From positions 1-53,047 of the forward strand of contig JAUCBJ010000152.1 of the NCBI GenBank assembly GCA_032718475.1: a DNA stretch of 53,047 nucleotides, in the 5' to 3' direction. Of this stretch, positions 36,201 through 49,670 are shown in pieces. The translations under genes and the position numbers were made by a program. How positions within the stretch are numbered: the first letter of the stretch is position 1; the number at the start of each line of letters is the position of its first letter. The notes under the pieces are model-generated. The model saw only the letters and a list, made by a program, of their open reading frames with translations. It was not told the origin of the DNA and searched no databases. Source of the stretch: Nemertoderma westbladi (lineage: Eukaryota > Animalia > Xenacoelomorpha).

Positions 36201-37399
36201 AGCTCGTTATAGTTTGTTCGCATAAGTTTGACGTATGTGTGAAGCGTACAGTAGATTAATTAAATGTCTCGTTTCCATGGGGGTCCCCTTGAGTACATAA
36301 GTTTAAAATACAAATATAAAAACGAATAGTAAATGAAAAATAATAAATAAAAAATAACCTAGTCAATATGAACAAGATTAAGATCAAAATTTAAATAAAC
36401 GGTAAAAGTAATGGTTTGAGACCCCTAGAGCATCCTATCATTATGTAAGATGTGAATAAAAATACGAATGAAGGGTGTAAAAATAAGATGGGTGTCTACA
36501 TAAAAACACTTGAGTGGTTTTCGACAACGGTTTTAAGGAGGTGTGATTTAACGCGATGTTTAAATGACTCAGATGTCGTGGATTATTTAATCTCCGTGGG
36601 AAGGTTGTTCCACAGTTGCGGTCCAGTGTAAGATAATGATTGGGTACCAGCAACTGTTCGTTTATGTGGGATAATCACGTGCGCAGCGCATAGCCGCTAC
36701 GTAGATGGGTGGTTGTTGAGTCGAATGCCACTAGATCGCTGAGGTATTGCGGAATGGACTCTGTATATATGTTATACATATGGGACAAGTAGATCTGGTT
36801 GGTTTGCTCTTGATCTGTAACCAGTTAATGGTGACAAAGTGGCTCGCGTCAATGTGGGCTCGTTTATCGAGAGACAAACAGAAACGGATGCACTTTCTTT
36901 GTAGAGCATCAACTTGTCCTCTGAGACATGCTGATACGCTCGGGTACCAGCACGGTGCAGCGAAATCTATCAGAGGTTGGATGAGAGCTTTACACAAGAG
37001 TCTGCGTAAAGGTTTATCGAGAACCCGAGAGATTTGATATAAGAATTTGAGGCACGAGTTACCCTTCCGAATTGCTTTGAGTGCCGCATACGCCTCAGAG
37101 AGAGTTGCATCCAGACTGTATCGGAGATACAGTAGTTGACACTTTCGGATATCACTATATCCTTGTCAAGATGCGATATTTTAAAATTGTCAGTATTTGA
37201 TAGACGTTGGTTGGAGCCGAATAACATTAGTTCAAACTTATCTGGGTAGATGTTGAGGCCATTGTCTGAAGCCCATTCCGAAACTCGTGATAACGTTTGT
37301 GTCAGCGACGTCTTTATGTCTCTTTGGTATGATCCGTATTGCACCAAGCTTGTGTCATCTGCGTATTTAAAGGCTAGTGGCAGTGTTGTGTTGCCGTGG

Positions 37400-37926
37400 C
37401 GTTGCACAGTGATGGGCCGTAGCGGCTTGGAGGTGCGTGGTGGCTCAGTGGTGCCAGAGGGGCGCAGTCGCTCGGGGGTACTGGAGACGCCAGAGGGGCA
37501 TAGCGCCTCGGGGGCGCTGGAGGGTAATAGCAGCTCGGTGACACTGGAGGGGCGCAGCGGCTCGGGGATGCTGGAGGGGTGCAGCATCTCGGTAACCCTG
37601 GAGATGCGTAACGGCTCGGGGGCGCTGGAGGGTAGAAGCGTCTCAGGGGCACCAGAGGGGCGCAGCAGGAGCGGCTCTGGTGCGCTTGAGACGCCGGAGG
37701 GGTTTAGCGGCTCAGGGGCGCTGGAGGGTAATAGCAGCTCGGTGACACTGGAGGGGTGCAGCATCTCGGTGACCCTGGAGATGCGTAACGGCTCGGGGGC
37801 GCTGGAGGGTAGAAGCGTCTCAGGGGCACCAGAGGGGCGCAGCAGGAGCGGCTCTGGTGCGCTTGAGACGCCGGAGGGGTTTAGCGGCTCAGGGGCGCCG
37901 GAGGGTAGTAGCGGCTCGGGGCTGTC
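37400..37926 (-). repeat. GC-rich 27-bp minisatellite with a 177-bp higher-order duplication inside the LINE RT
   Basis: Encodes (S/G)APEPLxPS-type 9-mers with a 59-aa block repeated; another unit lies at 39176-39210. Confidence 0.85.
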
Positions 37927-39175
37927 TGTCAAGGCTTTTACGGGAGGCTGACCTACAGATGCCATTACGAGTCTGTCTGAGTGTTATCAAGTGCCTTGGG
38001 GTACCTGCCGCACAGCAGGAACACTCACAAAAATATGTATGTATATATATATTATATACACGGGTTAGTGTAGCTGATGAGCCAAATCCCGGCGAAACAC
38101 ATATGCAAAAATGTAACCAATGTGATAATTTTACTTACAGTATTTAAACAGGGTTGCGCTTTGTGTCCCTGCTTAAATAAAACGATGACTACTTACGGTT
38201 GAACAGATAGGAACATGTTGTTTCTCTGTTTCCAAATAATTTTATTTAACGTGGTTGATCTTGGTTTCCTTACATTTATATTTATATATTTAATTTTTGT
38301 AACCGGATCCCACACCCCAACGGCTTTGACTTGCTAAATTTATAATCTATTATCTATATCTGAACTGAATGTACAACCAATTACTGTAAGTATAAAGCTT
38401 CTACGCTTACAAACTGCTTCAAGGGGGGGGGGGGGGGGGGGGGGTGATAGTTACGTGTAAACCGTTCCGTTATATTGTGTTGTTGGCGATTAAATGTACG
38501 TGTGACTTACATATATTACAGGTAGGACATTATGTTTGACTTAGTGCGGGGTAAGCGCAGAGTTCACTCGTGCTGTATGCATAGTGTTAGTAGATGATAT
38601 TTACCAGTTGGGGAATAATATTGCAGTACTATGGACGCACACACTCACACTAAAATGAACCGAATCTATTGCAGACAGGGCGCAGTCAGCACTAACCGTG
38701 TGGAAATCGAGTTGGTTTGATCTCTGGTCTCGTATATTCATCAACAATAGCAAGGCAATAATAGTAATTAATAATAATGCAATACAGCAAGATGTTAAAA
38801 TGCATGCAGCAAGCTACAATGCATGCAGCAAGTTACTATGCACACAGCAAGGTGAAATATTACGAGTCCGGTAGTTACAATGACTCGCAACAGGCTAATA
38901 TGATGTTAGGTTATGCCTGAGAGTAATGGGATGAACATCGACTATATAAACAAGTTATACTGCAAAAATAGAACAGCCAATAGGACGCAAGAATACCTGC
39001 ACCGGCAGTTACCAATGAGAGCTCAGCACTACCACAACTGCTGCTAGGCAACACATAAACAAGGTTCACGGTGGTATACAACACGAGTTAGGCATAAATG
39101 TTATACGCACAGAAATTGAACAATTCTCTGATAAAAATATAAGATTTCGATATGTAGTTAGCCTGTGCAGCAAAA
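37927..39175. mobile_element. 1.25-kb insertion with 5-bp TSD, probable solo LTR
   Basis: CTGTC at 37922-37926 and 39176-39180. Starts TGTCAAGG but ends ...GCAAAA rather than CA. Removal restores the minisatellite register. Confidence 0.6.
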
Positions 39176-40657
39176 CTGTCGGAGGGGCGCAGCGGCTCGG
39201 GTGCGCTGTAGGGGTCCGGATCAGTGGCATCGAAAGAATTGAGTCGAGGAATCTTAGTGGTGGGTGGGGATGCGAGTCGGGTTGTTGTTTTAAGGGTAGA
39301 TCGAGGTCGTTCATGTAAATGATGAACAGTAACACAGCCAGTAGTAGCGCACCCTGTGGGGTTCCCAAGTCGATTTGTCGGGTTTTAGATTTGGAGTTAC
39401 CAATTTGGACATACTGGAACCTGGGAGTTAGTATCCAGACCAATATATTTGAGTTTAAGTAGGAGCTTGTCTCGATCAATCGTATCAAATGCCTTTTGGA
39501 TGTCAATGCCAACCATTCCAACGACCTGACCAGCATCAATGGCCCCTCGGATAAATTCGACCAAGTGAAGAGGACATGTTTGTACGGAAAATCCAGGGCG
39601 AAAACCTGATTGAAGGTCGTCTAGTACAGTATATTGTTTCTGATCAGGTAGTCAGCAAGTTGATCATAAACTACCTTTTCCAGGACTTTAGAGCTTGTTC
39701 GAAGCAAGGAGATGGGTCAGAAGTTGTACCTTTGTACTGTAGTCTACTGCCCCGTTTGAAAGCGGGAATTACTTTAGCGATCTTGTATATTGATGGGAAT
39801 GTGCCCGTGGGGTAATGGTGCAAAATATCGAGACTTGAAAAATATCGAGAGTAAAAATATCGAGAGTAAAAATATCGAGAATAAAAATAACGAGTGTTGA
39901 AAATTAACGTGATTAGAAAATATCAAGAGTAAAAATAACGCGAGATGAAAAATATCGAAAATAACGAGTGTTGAAAAATATCGAGTGTTGAAAAATATCG
40001 AGAATAAAAATATCGAGTGTTGAAAAATTTCGAGAGTAAAAATATCGAGTGTTGAAAAATATCGAGAGTAAAAATATCGAGTGTTGAAAAATATCGAGAG
40101 TAAAAATATCGAGTGTTGAAAAATACCGAGAGTAAAAATATCGAGAGTACAAATATCGAGTGTAAAAATATCGAGTGTAAAAATATCGAGTGTTGAAAAA
40201 TATCGAGAGTAAAAATATCGAGTGTTGAAAGATGTCGAGTGTTGAAAAATATCGAGAGTAAAAATATCGAGAGTAAAAATATCGAGTGTTGAAAAATATC
40301 GAGAGTAAAAATAACGAGTGTTGAAAATATCGAGTGTTGAAAAATATCGAGAGTAAAAATATCCTGTGTTGAAAAATATCGAGTGTTGAAAAATATCGAG
40401 AGTAAAAATATTGCATTTTGCTTGAGCATTTTATTTAGAATTATGGAACAATATTGCAGTGCATGGGTTACAACAGTGCAAGTGCAAGTGAATGGCATTA
40501 TGTAATACACCTTGGGTACCCATTTACCAGATTTATTATACTAGCTAGTTTTTGCTATTTTTTGAATAAATATTATAAAAGAAGTGCTAGCTATAAATTT
40601 TGATAAATATTATAAATATTGTTAAATATTATATTAGAACACATATAAGCTACCAAA

Positions 40658-43600
40658 CATAGAGTAAGAGAGGGTGACTAAATTTTAAGAGTTAATTTAC
40701 GCATAGCTAACCCTCAGGCATATAATAACTTGTAACTCCACAGATTATATATTTAGGGGCGATATATTTAAAAATTTAAGCTGCTAAATAAAGAAACCGG
40801 ATAAAGAACACAAATAATAAGAGTAATAATAGTAATACATCTTACTGGTTTACTGTATATTGGTTGATATTGGATATTGATACTTCAGATACAGCAAACG
40901 CTTTTTAATGCTGAAATAAGATTGTAAACCTAAAAATCAAGCAAAACCAAACTAGGTTCAATGGAACTAAACGATAGCGTTATATATCTATCGGGAAGAA
41001 CCGTTAACAACACGAACACACCATCCAGTAATCAAGCGACCTACGATTGTTTCGGGACCACAATCACAGCCAAAGATATTGATACGCTTCGAGGCAGAGG
41101 GTGGCTTACGCACAACGTTATCGAAGTTGTGCTAAATTCTTTAAGAACATCCCGGGATGATGTGTTGGTGCTGCACCATTGTATAGACCGCTACTCAGCC
41201 AGCGGTGGCGGCTACGAATCAGTGAAGCGTTGGATGCGGAACACTAATATCTTCTTGCTTGCTTTGATACTGTTTCCTGTAAACGTGATTGGTAAGCACT
41301 GGACTCTACCTGCCTTCTTTCCAGAACATGGAAACATCGCCTACCTCGACTCACTTGGGAACTCAAATGATCAGGTGGTAAATATAATCAAAGATCGGGC
41401 AATGTTAGAAGCTGGAAGGCTCAACATAACACCTCCTGACCTCAAAATCGACCCACCACTGGCCAGGCGACAATACAACTCCTACCAATGTGGTGTTTAC
41501 CTCTGTCGGTTTGCGAAGATGGTTATCGAGGGTGGATCCCCATTAGACATCAACGATCCAGGTAAATAGGGAGTCCCTACTCGATGAACTAGAATCCATC
41601 ATTAGAATCCCCATCTCCACGCAGCCTGTCGAACCTCGGCAGCCACACTCGCCTCAGAGAATAGCACCAGCGCAGCCTGAAAAAGACGAACCTCAAAGAA
41701 CTACGCCAACACAGCCTGATAAACCTCATCAGCCACAATCGTCTCAGAGATCCTCACCAATGGAGTCCCGGGCCGAATTCAGAAGGGATCCGTCACAATG
41801 CGTGTGCCCCGCCTGCAACAAAAGTGTCCGTATCAACTTAAATGAAACATTACGTGTTCATGGTCCCACCGATAATAGGTGCTTCGGCTCTGGTCAATCC
41901 AGACCGGATGACCCGCGACTGCCACCTATCCAAGGAGGAACCTCACACAGCCAGCAACCAGCCGAAGCTATTGATGTTCCAGTGACATCGCCGAACACCA
42001 TCACAGACCCCGAGACTCTTGTTAAAATGTTAATTGGCAATCGGGCTAAGCAACTAAAACATGTCCCAAAGGCATCCAGAGCTAATCTCGCCAGCCTCTT
42101 ATCCGATCTGTTCATGGCCATAGTCGCAGACCCATCATTGGTTGATAGTTGGTTTAAGCTTTTGATCGCAGTTCACCGCTGTATAGCGGCTCCTAAGCAC
42201 GGAGGAAGGCGACAACAACTGTCCCTAGCCTCACAAGTGAACAAGAACATCGCCGCATTCCGCACATGTTCCCCCTCCATCACGCCTCCTCCAGAAACGA
42301 ATACCACATCGGCACGACATCAGAATAATCGGGATGAGATCCGCCTTGCCACTGCAGTGGCAGAGAAGATAGAAGACGGCGATGTCAGAGGTGCTATCAG
42401 ACTCGCATCATCGACGGACTCAATAGCACCGAACACTCCCGAGACGCTGCAGGCCCTGAAAGCTAAGCACCCTCCTCGTCCAGCAAACAGACGCGACCCC
42501 CCTCCCCCAGTGCAGACAAATGCAACACCTTGTTCACCACAGGTACTACGCAAACTGATCACCACATTTCCGAGTGGTAGCGCAGGTGGGCCGGATGGTA
42601 TCAGACCCCAGATCATCAAAGATCTCATAAGGGCCGAAAATGGAGAGTCAGCATCCCAACTTCTTAACTCCATGTGCAAGTTCGTCGACCTTGTTGTTGC
42701 CGGTAAGATCCCAGACTGTATCGGACCACTCTTCTTTGGAGCAAACCTCTTCGCATTTGTGAAGAGTGTAGGAATCCGGCCAATCGCTGTTGGTATGACA
42801 TGGCGACGACTGTGTTCAAAATACGTCGGCTCACTCGTGAAGGAAGAGAGGTCAGCCTCATATGGTTCCACTCAGCTCGGCATCGGGACCAAGAACGGAG
42901 CCGAAGCAGCAGCACACGCAATGCGTTCGTATGTCTCAGCAGATAATAACAGCTGCTCGGTTTTATTGAAAGTCGATTTCAGTAATGCCTTTAACACGCT
43001 CCGTAGAGACTCTCTCCTAGAGACAATCCATCAGCGCTATCCGATGATTTATAATTATACCCGGGCAGCATATGGTGATTATAGTTTCCTAATACACGGA
43101 GACAAGGTGATCCTCTCCGAAGAAGGACCGCAACAGTGAGACCCCGAAGGTCCTGCATTGTTTGGAGATGTCACGAACAATCTCAACCACTCGCTGAAAT
43201 CTAAATTTAACGTCTGGTATCTCGATAATGGAAACTTCGCAGACAAATATGAGATCGTGCTTCAGGATCTCCAGACAGTTATCGAGGAAGGACGGAAGTG
43301 CGGGTTAACTTTAAACTCTAAGAAATGCGAGTTATTTTTTCTGGGAGAAACACCCGAAGAGGAGCCCCATCGCATCCACAAAGAGTTCAACAGCATCTGC
43401 GAGGGAATCTTAGTACCCGACCTCGCCAACCTCACGATGCTGGGTGCGCAGATAGGGAAATTCGCAATGGTGAAATGTCTTGAGGCAAAGGTATCTGATC
43501 TGGAGACCATGAGTAGCCGGTTTTCATTGCTCGATAGTCACCACGCGTTTTTTCTCCTGAAGAATTCCTTCGCCATACCCCACCTTCTGTACTTCTCGCG

Positions 43601-44968
43601 CTCCGCCCCATGCTTTGAATTCCCGGCGATTCTAGAGCGATACGACCAACTCCAACGATCCTCCCTCCAAGATATCGCCAACTCGCAAATCGACGACAAG
43701 GCATGGAAGCAGGCTTCACTTCCTGCCCGATTGGGAGGCCTTGGGATGAGCTCTGCCAAGCAGCTCGCACCGACTGCCTATTTGGCTTCAGCTGCTGCTT
43801 GCAGACCTCTCGCGAATCTCCTTTTCACTCCAGAAGTTTACTCGGTACGAGATATCCCGGGAGCCCTTCACCCCTTACCCATCGCAAATGATATCACCTC
43901 TCGCAGTGCACTAGAACTGTGTCAGTCCTACACCACCACTGACGTCATCGCACCAACCGATTCCAAACAGAGTTCATGGATGGCTCTAATCCATGAGTTC
44001 AACCGTGGTCGCCTCCACCCAGTATCGTCATTAGGCCTGAAACTAACAGATGCCCAGCTCCGTATTTCAATAGCAACCCGCCTGGGATGTAAAGTAACGG
44101 AGCCCCTCACCGGTGCGGTAAACCCGTTAAATCTGATGGTCTCCATGGTCTCTCATGCAGTAAGAGCGCAGGTCGACAAGCACGCCACAGCATGTTGAAC
44201 GATATCGTAAAGCGATCACTAAACAGCTGCGGCGTGCCATCCCTGCGTGAACCGCCAGGTCTCTGTTTGAGCGATGGGAAGCGGGTAGATGGTGTTACAT
44301 TAGTTCCTTGGAGCCAGGGAGGAACACTTACCTGGGACACCACAGTAGTCGACCCGCTGGCCCCCAGCCATCTCAGAATAAGCCAAAGCATTGGTGGTCG
44401 CATAGCCGAGGATCAGGAGAACGTAAAGATCAGGAAGTATCAGGAGTTAATTGATCGGGGCTATCAGTTCGAACCAGTTGCCTTTGAGACATTTGGCCGC
44501 ACCTGTCCAAGAACAGCCGCTTTCCTCAAAGAAGTCGGGATGAGGCTCCACACCAACACACATGAGCCCCGTTCTCATCGCTTCTTACTACAGCGTATCC
44601 TGATAGCTATCCTGATTGGATAACACCGCTTCGATATTGGGAACCAGCGAATCATTTACTGAAGGTCTCTACGATATTTTAGAGGTGTAGTGAAGCATCT
44701 GAGGCTTATCTCGTTTGATTGTTTGAGGACACGAATCTGTGCGCTATCCACGCCAATCGAGTTACCATAATGCCGAAGGATATCCAAACTGGCCCGTAGG
44801 ATCAGAGGCGAGAGGGCATAAGGACCCGCAACAGTTTTAGACATAATGTATCAGAAAACATTTACTTGTATTCGTTATAGAGAACATGGACTCGTATTCA
44901 TTTAATAATTATTGTATGAAATAATTATGATTGTTGAAATGTTGATTTTAAATTTGAATTTAAAATAA
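40658..44968 (+). mobile_element. RLE-type non-LTR retrotransposon (CRE-like) with Ulp1/C48 protease, near full length, inactivated
   Basis: 13-bp TSD ATAAGCTACCAAA at 40645-40657 and 44969-44981. The unoccupied homologous site is at 4105-4117. AT-rich 3' end. Confidence 0.9.
40961..44623 (+). pseudogene. Disrupted single ORF: Ulp1 protease - zinc finger - RT - CCHC - restriction-like endonuclease
   Basis: Ulp1 (WLTHNVI, HW, YLDS, QYNSYQCG); frameshift ~41560; CPAC..H..C; RT GPDG, IRPIAVG, KVDFSNAFN, QQ*DP (stop 43137-43139), WYLDNG; GGLG; frameshift ~44105; C..HGLSC..GR..RH; RVDG..PW..G..WD, E..K..KY, FEPVAFETFG. Confidence 0.88.
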
Positions 44969-45064
44969 ATAAGCTACCAAATGTTGATAAATATTTTTGT
45001 TCTAGAACATTTTTAGTAAAAAAAATTTATCATACAGTACAACCCTTATGTAAAAAAATTGTTA

Positions 45065-48000
45065 CTTTCGATATTTTTACTCTCGATATTTTTCAACACT
45101 CTATATTTTTCAACACTCGATATTTTTACTCTCGATATTTTTACTCTCGATATTTTTCAACAATCGATATTTTTCAACACTCAATATTTTTCAACACTCG
45201 ATATTTTTCAACACTCGATATTTTTACTCTCGATATTTTTCAACACTCGATATTTTTCAACACTCGATATTTTTACTCTCGATATTTTTCAACACTCGAT
45301 ATTTTTACTCTCGATATTTTTCAACACTCGATATTTTTACTCTCGATATTTTTCAACACTCGATATTTTTACTCTCGATATTTTCAACACTCGATATTTT
45401 TACTCTCGATATTTTTCAACATTCGATATTTTTACTCTCGATATTTCTCAACACTCGATATTTTTACTCTCGATATTTTTCAACACTCGATATTTTTACT
45501 CTCGATATTTTTCAACACTCGATATTTTTACTCTTGATATTTTCCAACACTCGATATTTTTCAACACTCGATATTTTTACTCTCGATATTTTTCAACACT
45601 CGATATTTTTACTCTCGATATTTTTCAACACTCGATATTTTTACTCTCGATATTTTTCAACACTCGATATTTTTACTCTCGATATTTTCCAACACTCGAT
45701 ATTTTTACTCTCGATATCTTTCAACACTATATTTTTCAACTGTTTTACTCTCGATATTGTTCAACACTCGATATTTTTACTCTCGATATTTTTCAAACTC
45801 GATATTTTTACTCTCGATATTTTTCAACACTCGATATTTTTACTCTCGATATCTTTCAACACTATATTTTACAACTGTTTTACTCTCGATATTTTTCAAC
45901 ACTCGATATTTTTACTCTCGATATTTTTCAACACTCGATATTTTTACTCTCGATATTTTTCAACACTCGATATTTTTACTCTTGATATTTTTCAACACTC
46001 GATATTTTTCAACACTCGATATTTTTACTCTCGATATTTTTCAACACTCGATATTTTTACTCTCGATATTTTTCAACACTCGATATTTTTACTCTCGATA
46101 TCTTTCAACACTATATTTTTCAACTGTTTTACTCTCGATATTTTTCAACACTCGATATTTTTAATCTCGATATTTTCCAACACTCGATATTTTTACTCTC
46201 GATATCTTTCAACACTATATTTTTCAACTGTTTTACTCTCGATATTTTTCAACACTCGATATTTTTACTCTCGATATTTTCCAACACTCGATATTTTTAC
46301 TCTCGATATCTTTCAACACTATATTTTTCAACTGTTTTACTCTCGATATTGTTCAACACTCGATATTTTTACTCTCGATATTTTTCAAACTCGATATTTT
46401 TACTCTCGATATTTTTCAACACTCGATATTTTTACTCTCGATATCTTTCAACACTATATTTTTCAACTGTTTTACTCTCGATATTTTTCAACACTCGATA
46501 TTTTTACTCTCGATATTTTTCAACACTCGATATTTTTACTCTCGATATTTTTCAACACTCGATATTTTTACTCTCGATATTTTCCAACACTCGATATTTT
46601 TACTCTCGATATCTTTCAACACTATATTTTTCAACTGTTTTACTCTCGATATTTTTCAACACTCGATATTTTTACTCTCGATATTTTCCAACACTCGATA
46701 TTTTTACTCTCGATATCTTTCAACACTATATTTTTCAACTGTTTTACTCTCGATATTTTTCAACACTCGATATTTTTACTCTCGATATTTTCCAACACTC
46801 GATATTTTTACTCTCGATATCTTTCAACACTATATTTTTCAACTGTTTTACTCTCGATATTGTTCAACACTCGATATTTTTACTCTCGATATTTTTCAAA
46901 CTCGATATTTTTACTCTCGATATTTTTCAACACTCGATATTTTTACTCTCGATATCTTTCAACACTATATTTTTCAACTGTTTTACTCTCGATATTTTTC
47001 AACACTCGATATTTTTACTCTCGATATTTTTCAACACTCGATATTTTTACTCTCGATATTTTTACACTCGATATTTTTACTCTTGATATTTTTCAACACT
47101 CGATATTTTTCAACACTCGATATTTTTACTCTCGATATTTTTCAACACTCGATATTTTTACTTTCGATATTTTTCAACACTCGATATTTTTACTCTCGAT
47201 ATCTTTCAACACTATATTTTTCAACTGTTTTACTCTCGATATTTTTCAACACTCGATATTTTTAATCTCGATATTTTTCAACACTCGATATTTTTACTCT
47301 CGATATTTTCCAACACTCGATATTTTTACTCTCGATATCTTTCAACACTATATTTTTCAACTGTTTTACTCTCGATATTTTTCAACACTCGATATTTTTA
47401 CTCTCGATATTTTTCAACACTCGATATTTTTACTCTCGATATTTTTCAACACTCGATATTTTTACTCTCGATATTTTTCAACACTCGATATTTTTACTCT
47501 CGATATTTTTCAACACTCGATATTTTTACTCTCGATATTTTTCAACACTCGATATTTTTACTCTCGATATCTTTCAAAACTATATTTTTCAACTGTTTTA
47601 CTCTCGATATTTTTCAACACTCGATATTTTTACTCTCGATATTTTTCAACACTCGATATTTTTACTCTCGATATTTTTCAACACTCGATATTTTTACTCT
47701 TGATATTTTTCAACACTCGATATTTTTCAACACTCGATATTTTTACTCTCGATATTTTTCAACACTCGATATTTTTACTCTCGATATTTTTCAACACTCG
47801 ATATTTTTACTCTCGATATCTTTCAACACTATATTTTTCAACTGTTTTACTCTCGATATTTTTCAACACTCGATATTTTTAATCTCGATATTTTCCAACA
47901 CTCGATATTTTTACTCTCGATATCTTTCAACACTATATTTTTCAACTGTTTTACTCTCGATATTTTTCAACACTCGATATTTTTAATCTCGATATTTTTC

Positions 48001-49670
48001 AACACTCGATATTTTTACTCTCGATATTTTCCAACACTCGATATTTTTACTCTCGAAATCTTTCAACACTATATTTTTCAACTGTTTTACTCTCGATATT
48101 TTTCAACACTCGATATTTTTACTCTCGATATTTTTCAACACTCGATATTTTTACTCTCGATATTTTTCAACACTCGATATTTTTACTCTCGATATTTTTC
48201 AACACTCGATATTTTTACTCTCGATATTTTTCAACACTCGATATTTTTACTCTCGATATTTTTCAACACTCGATATTTTTACTCTCGATATTTTTCAACA
48301 CTCGATATTTTTACTCTCGATATCTTTCAAAACTATATTTTTCAACTGTTTTACTCTCGATATTTTTCAACACTCGATATTTTTACTCTCGATATTTTTC
48401 AACACTCGATATTTTTACTCTCGATATCTTTCAAAACTATATTTTTCAACTGTTTTACTCTCGATATTTTTCAACACTCGATATTTTTACTCTCGATATT
48501 TTTCAACACTCGATATTTTTACTCTCGATATTTTTCAACACTCGATATTTTTACTCTTGATATTTTTCAACACTCGATATTTTTCAACACTCGATATTTT
48601 TACTCTCGATATTTTTCAACACTCGATATTTTTACTCTCGATATTTTTCAACACTCGATATTTTTACTCTTGATATTTTTCAACACTCGATATTTTTCAA
48701 CTCTCGATATTTTTACTCTCGATATTTTTCAACACTCGATATTTTTAATCTCGATATTTTCCAACACTCGATATTTTTACTCTCGATATCTTTCAACACT
48801 ATATTTTTCAACTGTTTTACTCTCGATATTTTTCAACACTCGATATTTTTACTCTCGATATTTTCCAACACTCGATATTTTTACTCTCGATATTTTTCAA
48901 CACTCGATATTTTTACTCTCGATATCTTTCAACACTATATTTTTCAACTGTTTTACTCTCGATATTTTTCAACACTCGATATTTTTACTCTCGATATTTT
49001 TCAACACTCGATATTTTTACTCTCGATATTTTTCAACACTCGATATTTTTACTCTTGATATTTTTCAACACTCGATATTTTTCAACACTCGATATTTTTA
49101 CTCTCGATATTTTTCAACACTCGATATTTTTACTCTCGATATTTTTCAACACTCGATATTTTTACTCTCGATATCTTTCAACACTATATTTTTCAACTGT
49201 TTTACTCTCGATATTTTTCAACACTCGATATTTTTAATCTCGATATTTTTCAACACTCGATATTTTTACTCTCGATATTTTCCAACACTCAAAATTTTTA
49301 CTCTCGATATCTTTCAACACTATATTTTTCAACTGTTTTACTCTCGATATTTTTCAACACTCGATATTTTTACTCTCGATATTTTTCAACACTCGATATT
49401 TTTACTCTCGATATTTTTCAACACTCGATATTTTTACTCTCGATATTTTTCAACACTCGATATTTTTATTCTCGATATTTTTCAACACTCGATATTTTTA
49501 CTCTCGATATTTTTCAACACTCGATATTTTTACTCTCGATATCTTTCAAAACTATATTTTTCAACTGTTTTACTCTCGATATTTTTCAACACTCGATATT
49601 TTTACTCTCGATATTTTTCAACACTCGATATTTTTACTCTCGATATTTTTCATTTCTCGATATTTTTCAA
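45065..49670 (+). repeat. ~4.6-kb satellite-like array (expanded TIR arm)
   Basis: Units ATATTTTTACTCTCG (15 bp) and ATATTTTTCAACACTCG (17 bp), with the recurring variant block ATCTTTCAACACTATATTTTTCAACTGTTTTACTCTCG. Confidence 0.97.

Noticed and set aside
36970-37965. 331-aa mucin-like host protein
   Set aside because: Chimeric: the start codon lies in the 37927-39175 insertion, followed by minisatellite and the LINE YADD region.
354-38444. Long G/C homopolymers (~354, 9016, 12765, 27134, 38422) as functional G-quadruplexes
   Set aside because: Simple homopolymer runs of uncertain assembled length with no supporting context.
40961-41569. Stand-alone host SENP/Ulp1 gene
   Set aside because: Lies inside the 13-bp TSD and joins the RT frame with one frameshift (RESLLDELES... 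is open through to 41760).
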